Below, in pieces: positions 1-10,600 of a stretch of 64,000 nt of DNA; the stretch's first letter is position 1, and every line of letters starts with the position of its first letter. The notes under the pieces were generated by a model, which had not been told where the DNA came from, ran no database searches, and saw nothing but the letters and a program-made list of their open reading frames with translations. Made by a program: the position numbers and the translations under genes. The DNA comes from Gemmatimonas sp. (GTDB lineage: Bacteria > Gemmatimonadota > Gemmatimonadetes > Gemmatimonadales > Gemmatimonadaceae): positions 4,832,001-4,896,000 of the forward strand of contig OZ257156.1 in NCBI GenBank assembly GCA_965279375.1. Reading direction: 5' to 3'.

Positions 1-469
1 TGCGAGGGTCACGCTGCGCGACGGCGGTGACGCCGTTGAACAGCGGAACGAGCGTCTCGCCACGTTCGGTGCCCGCCTCGCTGGCCCAGACCAGCGGCCG
101 CATCACGATGCCGTCGGTGAAGAGCGAGGCGACCGCCGGATGCGCCCACGCCGTGGCGACGCCCTGTCGATCCGGGCCGTGCACCGCAGGGAACGCGTAG
201 CGTACGCCGTGCAACAGGAACTCGCGCAGCGCGGGTCTCGCGATCGTGCGACTACCGGCCTTACAGAGTCCCGCCAACTGCAGCCGCGCGACCGAGCGGT
301 GCACCGCGCTGGTGCTCGTGGCCAGCGCCTCGGCGAGCGGTTCATAGCGTTCTTCGGCAACCAGAAGTAAGCGAAGCGCAACGGCGACATCGAACGGGCG
401 AAGCGAAGGTTGCGACGGCACAGACGGCGGGTCGGGGTGAGCGGGAGGCGGTGTTGAAACACTGAACAC
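1..469 (-). CDS. Winged-helix/HTH hypothetical protein, 3' end runs off the window
   Basis: Not in the ORF track. Manual translation gives ...LRPFDVAVALRLLLVAEERYEPLAEALATSTSAVHRSVARLQLAGLC...LREFLLHGVRYAFPAVHG...GVATAWAHP...PLVWASEAGTERGETLVPLF, open to the window edge, with an HTH-like LAEALATSTSAVHRSVARL. Start is GTG at 469 or 421. Confidence 0.75.
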   Translation of the reverse strand, partial: MFSVSTPPPAHPDPPSVPSQPSLRPFDVAVALRLLLVAEERYEPLAEALATSTSAVHRSVARLQLAGLCKAGSRTIARPALREFLLHGVRYAFPAVHGPDRQGVATAWAHPAVASLFTDGIVMRPLVWASEAGTERGETLVPLFNGVTAVAQRDPR

Positions 470-529
470 GATAGTTATGCGCCCAAAATGCGCGCCGGTC
501 CAGTCATGAACTTACATCCAGATCGAGCG

Positions 530-2104
530 TCAGGCCGGGGAATCCAGTCGTTCGCGGATTCGCCGTGCCAGCGTGAGGTCGGTGAACGGCTTCTCCACCA
601 GGGCCACTCCGCGATCGAGTGCGCCGTGCGGTGCGATGGCGTCCTCCGTGTAGCCGGACATGTACAACACGCGCAGCCCGGGGCGCTCCATGCCGAGCAG
701 TTCGGCGACGCGGCGACCATTGGAGCGCGGAAGCACGACGTCGGTGAGCAGAAGATCGATCGGCGCGGCGTAGTCTTTGGCGAGCTGCATCGCCTGGTCG
801 CCGTCGGCGGCGACGAGCACGGTGTAGCCGCGTCGTTCGAGCATGGCGCGTACGACCTCTCGCACAGCTGACTCGTCCTCCACGACGAGAATCGTCTCGC
901 GACCGCCAAGCACTTCAGTACTCGGACGCGACGACGGTTCGTCGGGCGCCTCGGAGGAGACGGGGAGATACACCTTGAACGTGGTGCCCACGCCGACTTC
1001 GCTATAGACCCAGATGTGCCCACCCGTCTGCCGCACGATACCGTAGACGGTGCTCAAGCCAAGTCCGGTGCCGCCACTCTTGGTGGTGAAGAACGGCTCG
1101 AAGATGCGTTCACGTGTGGCTCGATCCATTCCGGCTCCCGTGTCCGAGACGACGAGGCACACATACGGACCGGCGCCGACATCGTGATGCCGCGCGACGT
1201 AGCTCTCCGTCAGAAGCGCGGTACCGCTCTCGATGGTGAGCGTGCCGCCGTCCGGCATCGCCTCGCTGGCGTTGACGACGAGGTTGAGCAGCACCTGCTC
1301 GAATTGCATCGGGTCGGCGTACACCGAGGGCAGCGGCTCCTGAAACACGGAGCGAATGTTGACGTTGGCGCTGATGATGCGGCGCATCAGACGCTCCATC
1401 TCGCGAATGAGCGCGTTCACGTCGATGTGGCGCGGTCGCATGATCTGCTTGCGACTGAAGGCGAGGAGCTGTCGTGTGAGCGCCGATGCGCGGTCGGACG
1501 CGGCCTTGATCTGCTGCACCTCTTCGTAGGCGCCCGTGCCGGGATCGAGCTCGGTGAGCAGCAGTTCGCTGAAGCCACCGATCGCCGTGAGCACATTGTT
1601 GAAGTCGTGCGCGACGCCGCCGGCGAGTCGACCAACCGCGTCCATCTTCTGCGCCTGAAAGAGCTGTTCTTCGAGCAGCCGCCGATCAGTGATATCGCGA
1701 TAGATGCTGATCCAGTGCGAATGCCGACCTGCATCGTCGACGATCGGCGAGACGTCCACTTCGGCCCAGAAGGCGCGCCCGTCACGCGCGTGGAGCAGCA
1801 ATTCGACGCGACTGGATTCCGGTGCAGCGCCCGCCTCACGCGCACGCAGGAGGGCGTCCCACGATGGATTGAGCCCCTCGAGCATCGGCAGCGCATGGCC
1901 GAGTACTTCTTCGCGTCGCCAGCCGGTCATGCGCTCGAATGCCCCGTTGACGAACGCGATGCGCGGTGGGTCGGACGCCGCATCGAGCGGCAGGCGAGAG
2001 ATGATGACCGCATCGTTCAATCGTGCAACACCGGCACGCAGCATTCGCAGTTCGGCGGCATCGCTCACGCCGTCATCCACGACGATGGGGTGCGCTATCG
2101 GCAT
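530..2104 (-). CDS. PAS-domain hybrid sensor histidine kinase/response regulator
   Basis: PAS (FVNGAFERMTGW), H-box AHDFNN, N-box NLVVNASEAM, G boxes DTGAGM and GTGLGL, C-terminal receiver (LVVEDE, LLTDVVLP, YMSGY, KPF). GAGGGG RBS precedes ATG 2104. Confidence 0.93.
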   Translation of the reverse strand: MPIAHPIVVDDGVSDAAELRMLRAGVARLNDAVIISRLPLDAASDPPRIAFVNGAFERMTGWRREEVLGHALPMLEGLNPSWDALLRAREAGAAPESSRVELLLHARDGRAFWAEVDVSPIVDDAGRHSHWISIYRDITDRRLLEEQLFQAQKMDAVGRLAGGVAHDFNNVLTAIGGFSELLLTELDPGTGAYEEVQQIKAASDRASALTRQLLAFSRKQIMRPRHIDVNALIREMERLMRRIISANVNIRSVFQEPLPSVYADPMQFEQVLLNLVVNASEAMPDGGTLTIESGTALLTESYVARHHDVGAGPYVCLVVSDTGAGMDRATRERIFEPFFTTKSGGTGLGLSTVYGIVRQTGGHIWVYSEVGVGTTFKVYLPVSSEAPDEPSSRPSTEVLGGRETILVVEDESAVREVVRAMLERRGYTVLVAADGDQAMQLAKDYAAPIDLLLTDVVLPRSNGRRVAELLGMERPGLRVLYMSGYTEDAIAPHGALDRGVALVEKPFTDLTLARRIRERLDSPA

Positions 2105-2370
2105 GTGCCCCTCGATGTCGAGGGAGTCGCGAGCTCGCGTCGCAGCGCAGTCGTACAACGTGGTCTCATTCAAACCGCCTCTGCAGTGCAGTGGCGCCGG
2201 CGTCGGCGTCATTGGAGACAACAGCATTAGCCGGGGTGCATTGAATCCCGGCCTGCAAGCAAGCTATACAGCGCAACAGCGCTGGCAAGATTGCTCTTGT
2301 CAGCGCCGTCGATCACTTCGTCCCGGCTCGATGCACTCAATCAGCGCTGAGGCACCGCGTCACGCCCCGA

Positions 2371-4377
2371 TCAGGGGACCACTCGACCCGATCCCCAGCT
2401 GTCGTTGCCGCGATCGATGTCGAGCAGGCGGTGTTCGGGGTCGAGCTCCACACGCACCAGCGTCTTGCCGGTGAACCGATACTCGCGCACGTAGTTGCGG
2501 CTGTTCGTGCTCCAGACCTCGGCCGGATAGACGTAGTCCTGCGTCGTCCCGTCGGAGAAGGTGAAGCGGGCGCGGATCGGCAACACGCCGCGTTCGCGGT
2601 TGCCGTACAGCACCGCCACCTTGGACGTGTCCCCTTGGGTCCGTACGACGACGGTATCGATGCTCTGATCGAAGCGCGCATTCTCCACGAACCACTCGCG
2701 CCAGAACCAGTCGAGGCGACGGCCGGCGGCATCCTCCATGGTGCGGAAGAAGTCCGTCGGGGTGGGATGCTTGTAGGCCCAGCGGGCGACGTATGTGCGA
2801 AACGCATCGTCGAACGCCTCGGGCCCGAGGATCTCCTGCCGCAGCAGCTGCAGTCCAACGCTCGGCTTCACGTAGGCAGCTTCGCCGAGCAGCGGGGGCG
2901 CGATGCGGTCCGGGTTGATGTTCACCGGCTTGTCCACGCCCTGCGCCATGTACTGCTCGATCAGACGGCGCTCTTCGGCGGCACGCGCCATCTGGTCGCC
3001 CTTCTCCGGGTAGCGACGTGCTTCCGAGAAGGTATTGATGAAGGTGTTGAATCCTTCGTCCTGCCACATGTACACGCGCTCGTTGCTGCCGACGATCATC
3101 GGGAACCACATGTGTCCGATTTCGTGCGTGACGACGTTGTACAGGTCGTACACATCCTCGCTCTTGTTCTCCATCGCGATCATCGGATACTCCATGCCGC
3201 TGATCGGTCCCTCCACGGCCGAGATGTGCGGCCACGGATACATGAACCAGCGCTCCGAGTATTCCATGATCGACATGCGCGACTGATCGGCCGCGTCGTG
3301 CCAGTTGACTGCGGCGCTCGGGCGATAGTAGGCGTAGGCCATGATCCCCTTCCAGCTCGACGCATCCCACTGAAAGTCGGGGGACGCAGCCCACACCGCG
3401 TCGCGCACGTTCTTCGCAACGAACTTCCACGTCAGCATACCCGTCTTGCGAGGGCGCGCCGCGCCGCTGGTGAGTTCGTCGGCGGTGATGAGTCGGACGA
3501 CCGTATCCGACTTGGCCGCCACCGCGTGGCGCTTGATCTGCGTCGGCGTCAGCACCTCGGCGGCGTTCTGCAACGCCCCGGTTGCCGCGACGATGTATCC
3601 CGCCGGCACGGTGATGGCGAGCGAGTAGTCGCCGTAGTCGAGATAGAATTCACCCTGGCCGAGATACGGCTCGATGTTCCAGCCACGCACGTCGTCGTAG
3701 ACCGCCGCGCGCGGGAACCACTGCGCGATCTCGAAGAGCGCGCCATCGTAGCCCATGCGATCTGCGCCGTGCTCAGGCACGAGGAACGTCCACGCGGCCT
3801 CGATCGTGGCGGTCTTGCCCGGCGCGAGCGGCTCGGCCAGATCGACCTTCATCATCGTTTCGTTGACGCGCTTGGCGAGCGGCGCGCGCTTCGCGGCCTT
3901 TCCAGCCGCCGCAGCGAACGTCTGATCGAGCCGCGTGAAGTTGTAGCCGCCCTCGAAGCCGCGGGCACCGAAGCGCGACTCTTCAGGGAAGATGTACGAG
4001 TTGAGCGACTTGCCGCGGAATGCGTTCTGCTCGACCTGCAGCCAGATGAAGCGCAGCGTGTCCGGCGAACGATTCGTGTAGCGCAGCGTCATCTCGCCCT
4101 TGATCGTCTTCGCCGCGGTGTCGAGCGTCGCGGCGAGCGTGTAGTCGGCGCGGTTCTGCCAGTAGCGCGAGCCCGGCGCGCCGCTGCCCGCACGCTGTTC
4201 GTTGGCCGTCGGCAGCGCCAGCGGAGCGAAGATGGACGTATCGCTGACCGAACGCGGACGCGGCGGCGTCACCTGAATCGGCGGATTGACCTGCTGCGCA
4301 CAAAGGGCGGTGGGAGCGCCGAGAACCGGCAGCGTCGCCACGGTGAGCAGGGCAAGACGGGTGAGCAATTGCGACAT
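2371..4377 (-). CDS. Secreted M1-family zinc metallopeptidase (aminopeptidase N-like)
   Basis: Signal peptide, GMEYP exopeptidase motif, HEIGH zinc motif followed by WQDEG. Confidence 0.9.
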   Translation of the reverse strand: MSQLLTRLALLTVATLPVLGAPTALCAQQVNPPIQVTPPRPRSVSDTSIFAPLALPTANEQRAGSGAPGSRYWQNRADYTLAATLDTAAKTIKGEMTLRYTNRSPDTLRFIWLQVEQNAFRGKSLNSYIFPEESRFGARGFEGGYNFTRLDQTFAAAAGKAAKRAPLAKRVNETMMKVDLAEPLAPGKTATIEAAWTFLVPEHGADRMGYDGALFEIAQWFPRAAVYDDVRGWNIEPYLGQGEFYLDYGDYSLAITVPAGYIVAATGALQNAAEVLTPTQIKRHAVAAKSDTVVRLITADELTSGAARPRKTGMLTWKFVAKNVRDAVWAASPDFQWDASSWKGIMAYAYYRPSAAVNWHDAADQSRMSIMEYSERWFMYPWPHISAVEGPISGMEYPMIAMENKSEDVYDLYNVVTHEIGHMWFPMIVGSNERVYMWQDEGFNTFINTFSEARRYPEKGDQMARAAEERRLIEQYMAQGVDKPVNINPDRIAPPLLGEAAYVKPSVGLQLLRQEILGPEAFDDAFRTYVARWAYKHPTPTDFFRTMEDAAGRRLDWFWREWFVENARFDQSIDTVVVRTQGDTSKVAVLYGNRERGVLPIRARFTFSDGTTQDYVYPAEVWSTNSRNYVREYRFTGKTLVRVELDPEHRLLDIDRGNDSWGSGRVVP

Positions 4378-4454
4378 GAAGGACACGCCTTGTGAGCAGG
4401 GAGAGTGGGTGCACCGCCGAAGTCTAAGGGACTCCCGGCGTGGATGGGCTGCGG

Positions 4455-5066
4455 CTACCCCTGCCCTTTCTCGGGCACGATCGTTTCACCCTTCGCCAAC
4501 ATCGTCACGAGCGTGGCAATCTTCCGGGCGCGGCCAGCCGGCGTCTTCATGTTGTTGGCGCGGAAGGCGAGCGCGAACAGGTTCATCTTGCCCAAGCGCA
4601 GGAACGTCGCCTTGGCACGGGGATTGGCCTCGATTGCCGCCCGCAGATCCTCCGGGATCGCTTCATGCGACGCCTCGCGAATGGGCGCGTAGGCCGCGTC
4701 CCAGCGACCGTCCGCCTTGGCCGCCTCCACCTGCCGATGCCCAGCGGCCTGCATGCGTCCCTCGGCGGTGAGCCGTGCGATGTGCTCACGGTTCACCTGA
4801 CTCCAGATGCTCTTGGCCCTTCGCGGCGTGAAGCGCTGCAGGAACGAGTCGGCGTCGTGCGACTTCTTCAACCCGTCGATCCACCCCCAACAGAGGGCCA
4901 CGTCGAGTGCCTCCGCGTACGTGATGCTGGCGCGCCCCGAACCCTTCTTGTGGATCTTGAGCCAGAGCTCGGTCTCGCGCTCATGATGCGCGGACAACCA
5001 CGATTCGAACTCGACAGCGGTCTCGAACGCACGGATTCTGGCTGGATCGGGGATGACCGGAGGCAT
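4455..5066 (-). CDS. YdeI/OmpD-associated family protein
   Basis: ALCWGWIDG, FTPRRAKSIWSQVN, GRWDAAY and IPEDLRAAIEANP motifs typical of the family. Confidence 0.85.
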   Translation of the reverse strand: MPPVIPDPARIRAFETAVEFESWLSAHHERETELWLKIHKKGSGRASITYAEALDVALCWGWIDGLKKSHDADSFLQRFTPRRAKSIWSQVNREHIARLTAEGRMQAAGHRQVEAAKADGRWDAAYAPIREASHEAIPEDLRAAIEANPRAKATFLRLGKMNLFALAFRANNMKTPAGRARKIATLVTMLAKGETIVPEKGQG

Positions 5067-5203
5067 GCGCGAGACGGGCGACGGTTGAGAGGGCGGGAGA
5101 CGTGACGAGCGCGGCCGGCGCGACATGCGTCGTGCGGGAGGAAGTTACGCCCCCAGCGGTGGAAGCGCTGGCGCCACGCCGCATGCGTCCTCAGCTTTCG
5201 CGG

Positions 5204-6388
5204 ATGTCTGAATCCTCTGCTCCTGCGTTCCATGCCACGCCCGTGTTTCCGCGTGGATTTCGTTGCGCCAGCCGCAACGTCGGACTCAAGCCGACGGCGC
5301 GCGACCTGACGCTGTTTGCCAGCGAGGTCGACGCCGTCGCGGCCGCTGTTTTCACGCGCAATCACTTCCCGGGTGCACCGATCATCCTGGGCCGAGAGAC
5401 GATGCGCGGTGGCGTGCTTCGCGCGATCATCGCCAACAGCAAGGTGAGCAACGTCGCGACCGGATTGCGTGGCGTGGAGAATGCGCGCCGCATGGCCGCC
5501 GCCGCCGCAGAGGAGCTGGGAACGGACGCGAGTCGCGTGCTCGTGAGCTCCACTGGCGTGATTGGCGTACAGTTGCCGATCGAGAAGATCGTCACGGGCG
5601 TGCAGGGCATGCGCGCGGAGCTACAGGACGATCCGATGGTTGGCGCCGAAGGGATCATGACCACGGACACGCACCCCAAGGCACTGTCGGCATCGGTCGG
5701 CAACGCCACGATCACGTGGGTGGCCAAGGGCTCCGGCATGATCGAGCCCAACATGGCGACGATGCTCTCGTACATCTTCACCGATGCCAAGTTCGACGCG
5801 GCGACGCTCGACGCACTGCTGCGGCGCGCGGTGCGCGACTCGTTCAACGTGTTGAGCGTGGACACGGACACGAGCACGTCGGATACGTGCGCCATTCTCG
5901 CCAACGGACTGGCCGGCGAGGTGGATCACGACGCGTTTTTCGAGACGTTGCGCGCGGGCTGCGTGCGCATGACGGAAATTCTCGCGCGTGACGGCGAAGG
6001 CGCCACACGACTGATTCGCGTGACGGTTGATGGCGCGCTCAACGACGCCGAAGCGCACGTGGTCGCCAAGTCTATCGTCAACTCGCCACTGGTGAAGACG
6101 ATGGTGCACGGCGCCGATCCCAATGTCGGCCGCTTGCTGATGGCCGTGGGCAAGTGCTTCGACTGCACGATCGTGCCCGCCGGCACCGACGCGTGGATCA
6201 ACGATTTCCAGGTCGTGCAGAGCGGTGAGCGGCTGTCGTTCGACGATGCCGTGGTGCGTGAGACACTCTCGCGCGAGTTGGTGGATCTGCGCGTCGCGCT
6301 CGGCGTGGGGAGCGGCACGGCGCGAGCGTACGGCTGCGATCTGACGAAGGGCTACGTTGAAGAGAACGCCGCGTACTACTCGAGCTGA
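5204..6388 (+). CDS. argJ: Glutamate/ornithine N-acetyltransferase ArgJ
   Basis: SSTGVIG, IMTTDT, KGSGMIEPNMATML (autocleavage Thr), DTSTSDT, RDGEGAT, GCDLT..YV motifs. Confidence 0.95.
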   Translation: MSESSAPAFHATPVFPRGFRCASRNVGLKPTARDLTLFASEVDAVAAAVFTRNHFPGAPIILGRETMRGGVLRAIIANSKVSNVATGLRGVENARRMAAAAAEELGTDASRVLVSSTGVIGVQLPIEKIVTGVQGMRAELQDDPMVGAEGIMTTDTHPKALSASVGNATITWVAKGSGMIEPNMATMLSYIFTDAKFDAATLDALLRRAVRDSFNVLSVDTDTSTSDTCAILANGLAGEVDHDAFFETLRAGCVRMTEILARDGEGATRLIRVTVDGALNDAEAHVVAKSIVNSPLVKTMVHGADPNVGRLLMAVGKCFDCTIVPAGTDAWINDFQVVQSGERLSFDDAVVRETLSRELVDLRVALGVGSGTARAYGCDLTKGYVEENAAYYSS

Positions 6389-6402
6389 CTTCCTAGCGAC
6401 CC

Positions 6403-6706
6403 GTAGCCGGTCACGCCGTTCGCTCCACTGATCTCCCGCCACTCACCACCCGTAGCCCGAAACAGGGTTGTGTCGGGTTGGCGGTCCTCGACCCCGCCTG
6501 ATCTGAGTGAAAAACTCTGAACCGGGGACTGGCGACCGCGTGCTGCCGCCGCTCTGACACTGCTCTGTTCCGGGTCGCGAGTGGTGAGTGGGCAGTCTTG
6601 AGTGGATCGAACGGCGTGACCGGTTACCCGTAAACCGAATGGAGCGAACGGCGCGACCGACTACCCGCAAAACCCGATGGAGCGACCGGCGTGACCGGTT
6701 AACGAA
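6403..6706. repeat. Intergenic REP/REPIN-like element: one inverted plus three tandem copies of a ~26-bp unit around a long imperfect hairpin
   Basis: 6403-6429 is the reverse complement of AGTGGAGCGAACGGCGTGACCGGCTAC. Near-identical direct copies start at about 6601, 6640 and 6678 (period 37-38 bp). Inner inverted arms include CCACTCACCAC/GTGGTGAGTGG and CCCGAAACAGGG/CTCTGTTCCGGG. Confidence 0.8.
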
Positions 6707-7549
6707 TTACAGCTTGGCGCCGAGTATGGCGACATCGCGACCGGCGTGGCCCGCGGCCAGAGCGGAATCCATCGCGGCCGCAAACGCGCGCAGCATCGGC
6801 GTCGGCTGCGTGCCAGCGGTCTCGAGCATCAACCGCAGATCCTTGCGCGCAACTTCGAGCGTGAACTGCGGGTCGTAGTTGCCGCTCACCATCATCTGGC
6901 CGCGCAGTCCCCCTGGGGCCACGGTGATCTTGGACAGCATTTCGAGTGCGCCCGCGCGGTCGACACCGTTCGCGTCAGCCATGTGCATCACGTCGGCGAT
7001 CACCCCGATCAACGGCAGAATCGTCGCGTTGCCGAACAGCTTGTACAGCGCCGCGAGGTCGGGCCGTTCGCCGACATGCCATAGCTCGCCGGTCATGACC
7101 GTGAGCGCCTCACGGACGCGCGCGAATCGCTCCGTCGGTCCGGCGACGAGCATCATGCCCTTTGCTTCGCGTGCGGCGCCGGGTCCCATCATCACCGGGG
7201 CGTGCAGATACTGCAAACCGTCGGCATCGAGTGCGGCCGCGCGCGCAGCGGTGCGCACGGGAAGCGTCGTCGAATGGTCCACGATCACTGTGGCCGGATC
7301 GAGGGCGTGTTTGATCTCCGCGATGGTCGCATCGACCACATCGTCATCGAGCAGCACCAGATGCACGCGCTCTGCGCGTTCAACGGCCTCGGCGGCGGAA
7401 TCAACGATCGTGGCGCCCAGCGTATCGAGTCCCGCGGCCTTGGCGCGCGTACGATTCCAGACGACGACGTCCGTGCCGCCCCGTGCGAGCATTCCCTCGA
7501 CGAATCCCCGACCCAACAGGCCCAGCCCCAACAGAGCGACGCGCGCCAT
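6707..7549 (-). CDS. NAD(P)-dependent oxidoreductase, 3-hydroxyisobutyrate (beta-hydroxyacid) dehydrogenase family
   Basis: Rossmann GLGLLG, WNRT, DHSTT, APVMMG, catalytic K in YKLFGN, KDLRL. Confidence 0.88.
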   Translation of the reverse strand: MARVALLGLGLLGRGFVEGMLARGGTDVVVWNRTRAKAAGLDTLGATIVDSAAEAVERAERVHLVLLDDDVVDATIAEIKHALDPATVIVDHSTTLPVRTAARAAALDADGLQYLHAPVMMGPGAAREAKGMMLVAGPTERFARVREALTVMTGELWHVGERPDLAALYKLFGNATILPLIGVIADVMHMADANGVDRAGALEMLSKITVAPGGLRGQMMVSGNYDPQFTLEVARKDLRLMLETAGTQPTPMLRAFAAAMDSALAAGHAGRDVAILGAKL

Positions 7550-7614
7550 ACAGCTTCTCCGTTAACGGTGTCCCGAAATATGGCGACCGAAGCAGACGTC
7601 GCGCATGCGCATCG

Positions 7615-10600
7615 TCACTCCGGCTCGACCGCGTCGGAGAGCAGCGAAGGCAATCCAGGCAGGCCGGCGCTGTCGACCGTCTCGGCCCACTGGTGCCAGC
7701 GCTTGAGCTTGCGCGAAAGTGCGCTGATGTCCACCTGCTGCACGATGGCGCCGCGCGTCTCCTTCGCGTGCAGCGCGGTCGCCTGCAGCCGGAAGTAGCG
7801 GTGCTCCGTCGGCGAATGGCACGGATACTCCAACTCGAAGTAGTCGCGAGTACCATCGAGCACCGACTTGAGGCCATCTGCTGCGGCCCGAGCCTGCGGT
7901 TCACCCGCGGCCGTCGCCGCGGCGATGTAGTTGAGGCCCACCCCGACGGCGACGGCCAAGGGCGCGTGGTTGCTCTCGGCGAAACGCCGCCACGCGCGGT
8001 TGGTCTGCACGATCGTTCCATCGGCGCTCAGCACCGCCGTGCTCGCCGGCAACGAGTCGAGCACCTCCTGCAAGCGCAGCTCGCCGCGCTTCACTTCGGT
8101 GACATCGATGACACTCAGAATTGCGCCGTGGGCCCCCGGCTCCCGCGTGAGATACGGGAGCACACGCAAGTGAATGTGCGTCCCGTCAGGCATCTGCAGT
8201 TCATGTGACTCGGCCACCGATGTTGCGATCACCTTGCGGGACATGGCCACCAGATCAAGTCCCGGGAGTTTCGATGCGATATGCTCCAGCGGTCGCCCTT
8301 CGTCCTGCGGCAGCACGTTCAGCAAGTTCACCGCCGCCTGCGTGAACTTGCGAATGCGCAACTTCTCGTCCACAAAGAGCGTACCGACGCCCGTCGAGCG
8401 GAGCAGGTTCTCGATGTCGTCGTTGAGCGCGATCAGTTCGCTGATCTTTTGCTGGAACTCCGCGTTGACCGTCTGCAACTCTTCGTTGACGGACTGCAGC
8501 TCTTCATTCGTGCTCTGCAGCTCTTCGTTGGACGCGAGCAGCTCCTCATTGGTCGCCTGCAGCTCTTCGTTCGACGTCTCGAGCTCTTCGATAGTGGCCT
8601 GCAGGTTCTCCTTCGTGAACTGCAGCTCGCGCTCCAACTGTGCCACGCGCAGTTGCGATGTGTCATCGGCGGCCAGGCTGTCGCTGACACCGCCGGCCAA
8701 TGGCGGAGCGCCACTCTGGAAGAACACGGCATAGCCGGAAGCTCGGTCGACACCCATCACCAGCGGGCGTACGTAGAGCGTCACCGTCGGCTGATCGGGG
8801 GCGACCTCGATCCCTTCATACACGACCTGCCGTCGATCGCGCGAGATGCGCGCCAGCGCCGTGCGGAGCGCGCTGGCCAGCGGCTTGATGAGAAGGCGGA
8901 AGATTTCGAGTGTGGAGCGGCCCGTTGGTACCTGCAGCAAGCCGCTCACATCACCAAACGTATGGATCAGGTGAAAATCCGCGTCGAGAATCACGCAGCG
9001 CAGCGTGAGAACCTGCGTCAGCTCCTGCAGCACGAGCTCCAGCATGTCGTCATCAACGGCCGCGCGGAGACTGCCTGCACGCGGCAGCACCGTGACGCCG
9101 TCTGTAACCGCACCGCCGTGCAGGCCGTGCTGGCCCGTACGACGCATGCGCAGAGGGAGCGCGTCGGCCAGCGTGTTGCGTCCGGGGTTGAGCGCCTGAT
9201 AGACCTTCCACTTGGCATCGACCACGTGAAAGAGCGACGCGAGCGTGCCCACGGTTTCGCTCGAGCCGAGAAACAGATAGCCACGCACACGCAACGCGTA
9301 CGCGAGCAGGGCAATCACCCGACGCTGCAGATCGCTGCCGAGGTAGATCAGCATGTTGCGGCAGGACACGAGGTCCATGCGCGTCAACGGCGGATCCTTG
9401 AGCAGGTTGTGACGCGCGAAGATCACCCGGTCGCGCAACGCACGGGAGACGCGGTAACCGTCGCCGTCCACCGTGAAGAAGCGCGCGATCCGCTCGGGGG
9501 TGACGTCGGCCGCGATGGAATCGGTGTAGCGCCCCGCGGCCGCGAACTCCACCGCCTCGGCATCCACATCCGTCGCGAACACGCGAATGGGCCGCGACTC
9601 GCCGCGCTCCTCGAGCGCCTCCATGAGCAACATGACGATCGAGTACGCCTCTTCACCCGTGGAGCATGCCGACACCCAGACGCGCACTTCCTGGTCGGGC
9701 GGCAGGTCGCGCAGCAACTCCGGAATGATTCGACTCTCCAGCAATCGGAACGCATCGTCATCGCGAAAGAAGCGCGTCACGTTGATCAACAGATCGCGAT
9801 GCAGCTGCATCAACTCCGCTTGCGACGACTCGAGCAGTCGCACGTAGTCGTCCCAGCCGAGCCCGGAGTGCATGAGCACGCGCCGCTCGATGCGACGGAT
9901 GATGGTGTTGGGCTTGTAGCCACTGAAGTCCGTGCCGATACGATCGCGCAGCATTGCGATTATGCGCTGCACCTGCGATGGCGTACCGACCGGCTGATCA
10001 GAGACGCCAGCGATGGTGATGGCACCGCGTCGCGCGAAGAACTGCACGATGATCGCGGGCATGTCTGCCACCGACAGCACCTGATCCGCGAGCCCGGTGG
10101 CGACCACGCTCCGCGGCATGCCGTCGAACTGTGCCTCCGCGGGATCCTGCACGAGCACGAGGCCACCTTCCGCCTTGAGTTCGCGCGCGCCGCGCGTGCC
10201 GTCACTTCCGGTACCGGAGAGCACCACACCGACGGCATTCTCGCCCTGTGATGCGGCCAGCGACGTGAAGAACGCGTCGATCGGCAGATGCAGTCCGGCG
10301 CCGCTCGGCTGCTCCTCGACACGCAAGACGCCGTCGAGAATGGAGAGGTTCGACTTGGGCGGATTGAGATAGACCGTGTCCGGCTCGAGGCGCTCGCCAT
10401 CGGCAGCCCGCACCACGCGCAGGGTCGTGTGGCGCGTGAGCAGTTCCACCATGAGCGACTTGTAGTCGGGCGACAGATGCTGGATCACCACGTACGCGAT
10501 CCCGGCTTGCGCGGGCGCGCTGTCGAAGAACAACTGCAGAGCTTCCAGGCCACCGGCGCTCGCGCCGATCGCACACACGCCGATCGGTCGCAGTGCGGCG

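Noticed and set aside
2279..2306. Sigma-54 promoter (TGGCA...TTGC)
   Set aside because: The GG-to-GC spacing is too short. The sequence is better explained as a hairpin downstream of the M1 peptidase.
2431..4395. Long antisense ORFs (also 8281-10251, 19886-21949, 26504-28240, 59768-61423 and many others)
   Set aside because: These are shadow frames of real genes in high-GC DNA, with no motifs and Arg/Ala-rich composition.
6430..6600. 6S RNA or SRP RNA
   Set aside because: The structure is rod-like, but I found no SRP domain IV motif or convincing 6S features. The flanks are repeats. Left as an unassigned element.
6600..6706. Three ~25-bp direct repeats as a mini CRISPR array
   Set aside because: Spacers are only about 12 bp and resemble each other, the repeats are degenerate, and no cas genes are present.
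8460..8620. 21-bp tandem repeat in DNA
   Set aside because: It encodes the known NEELQ heptad coiled coil of CheB-CheR fusions.
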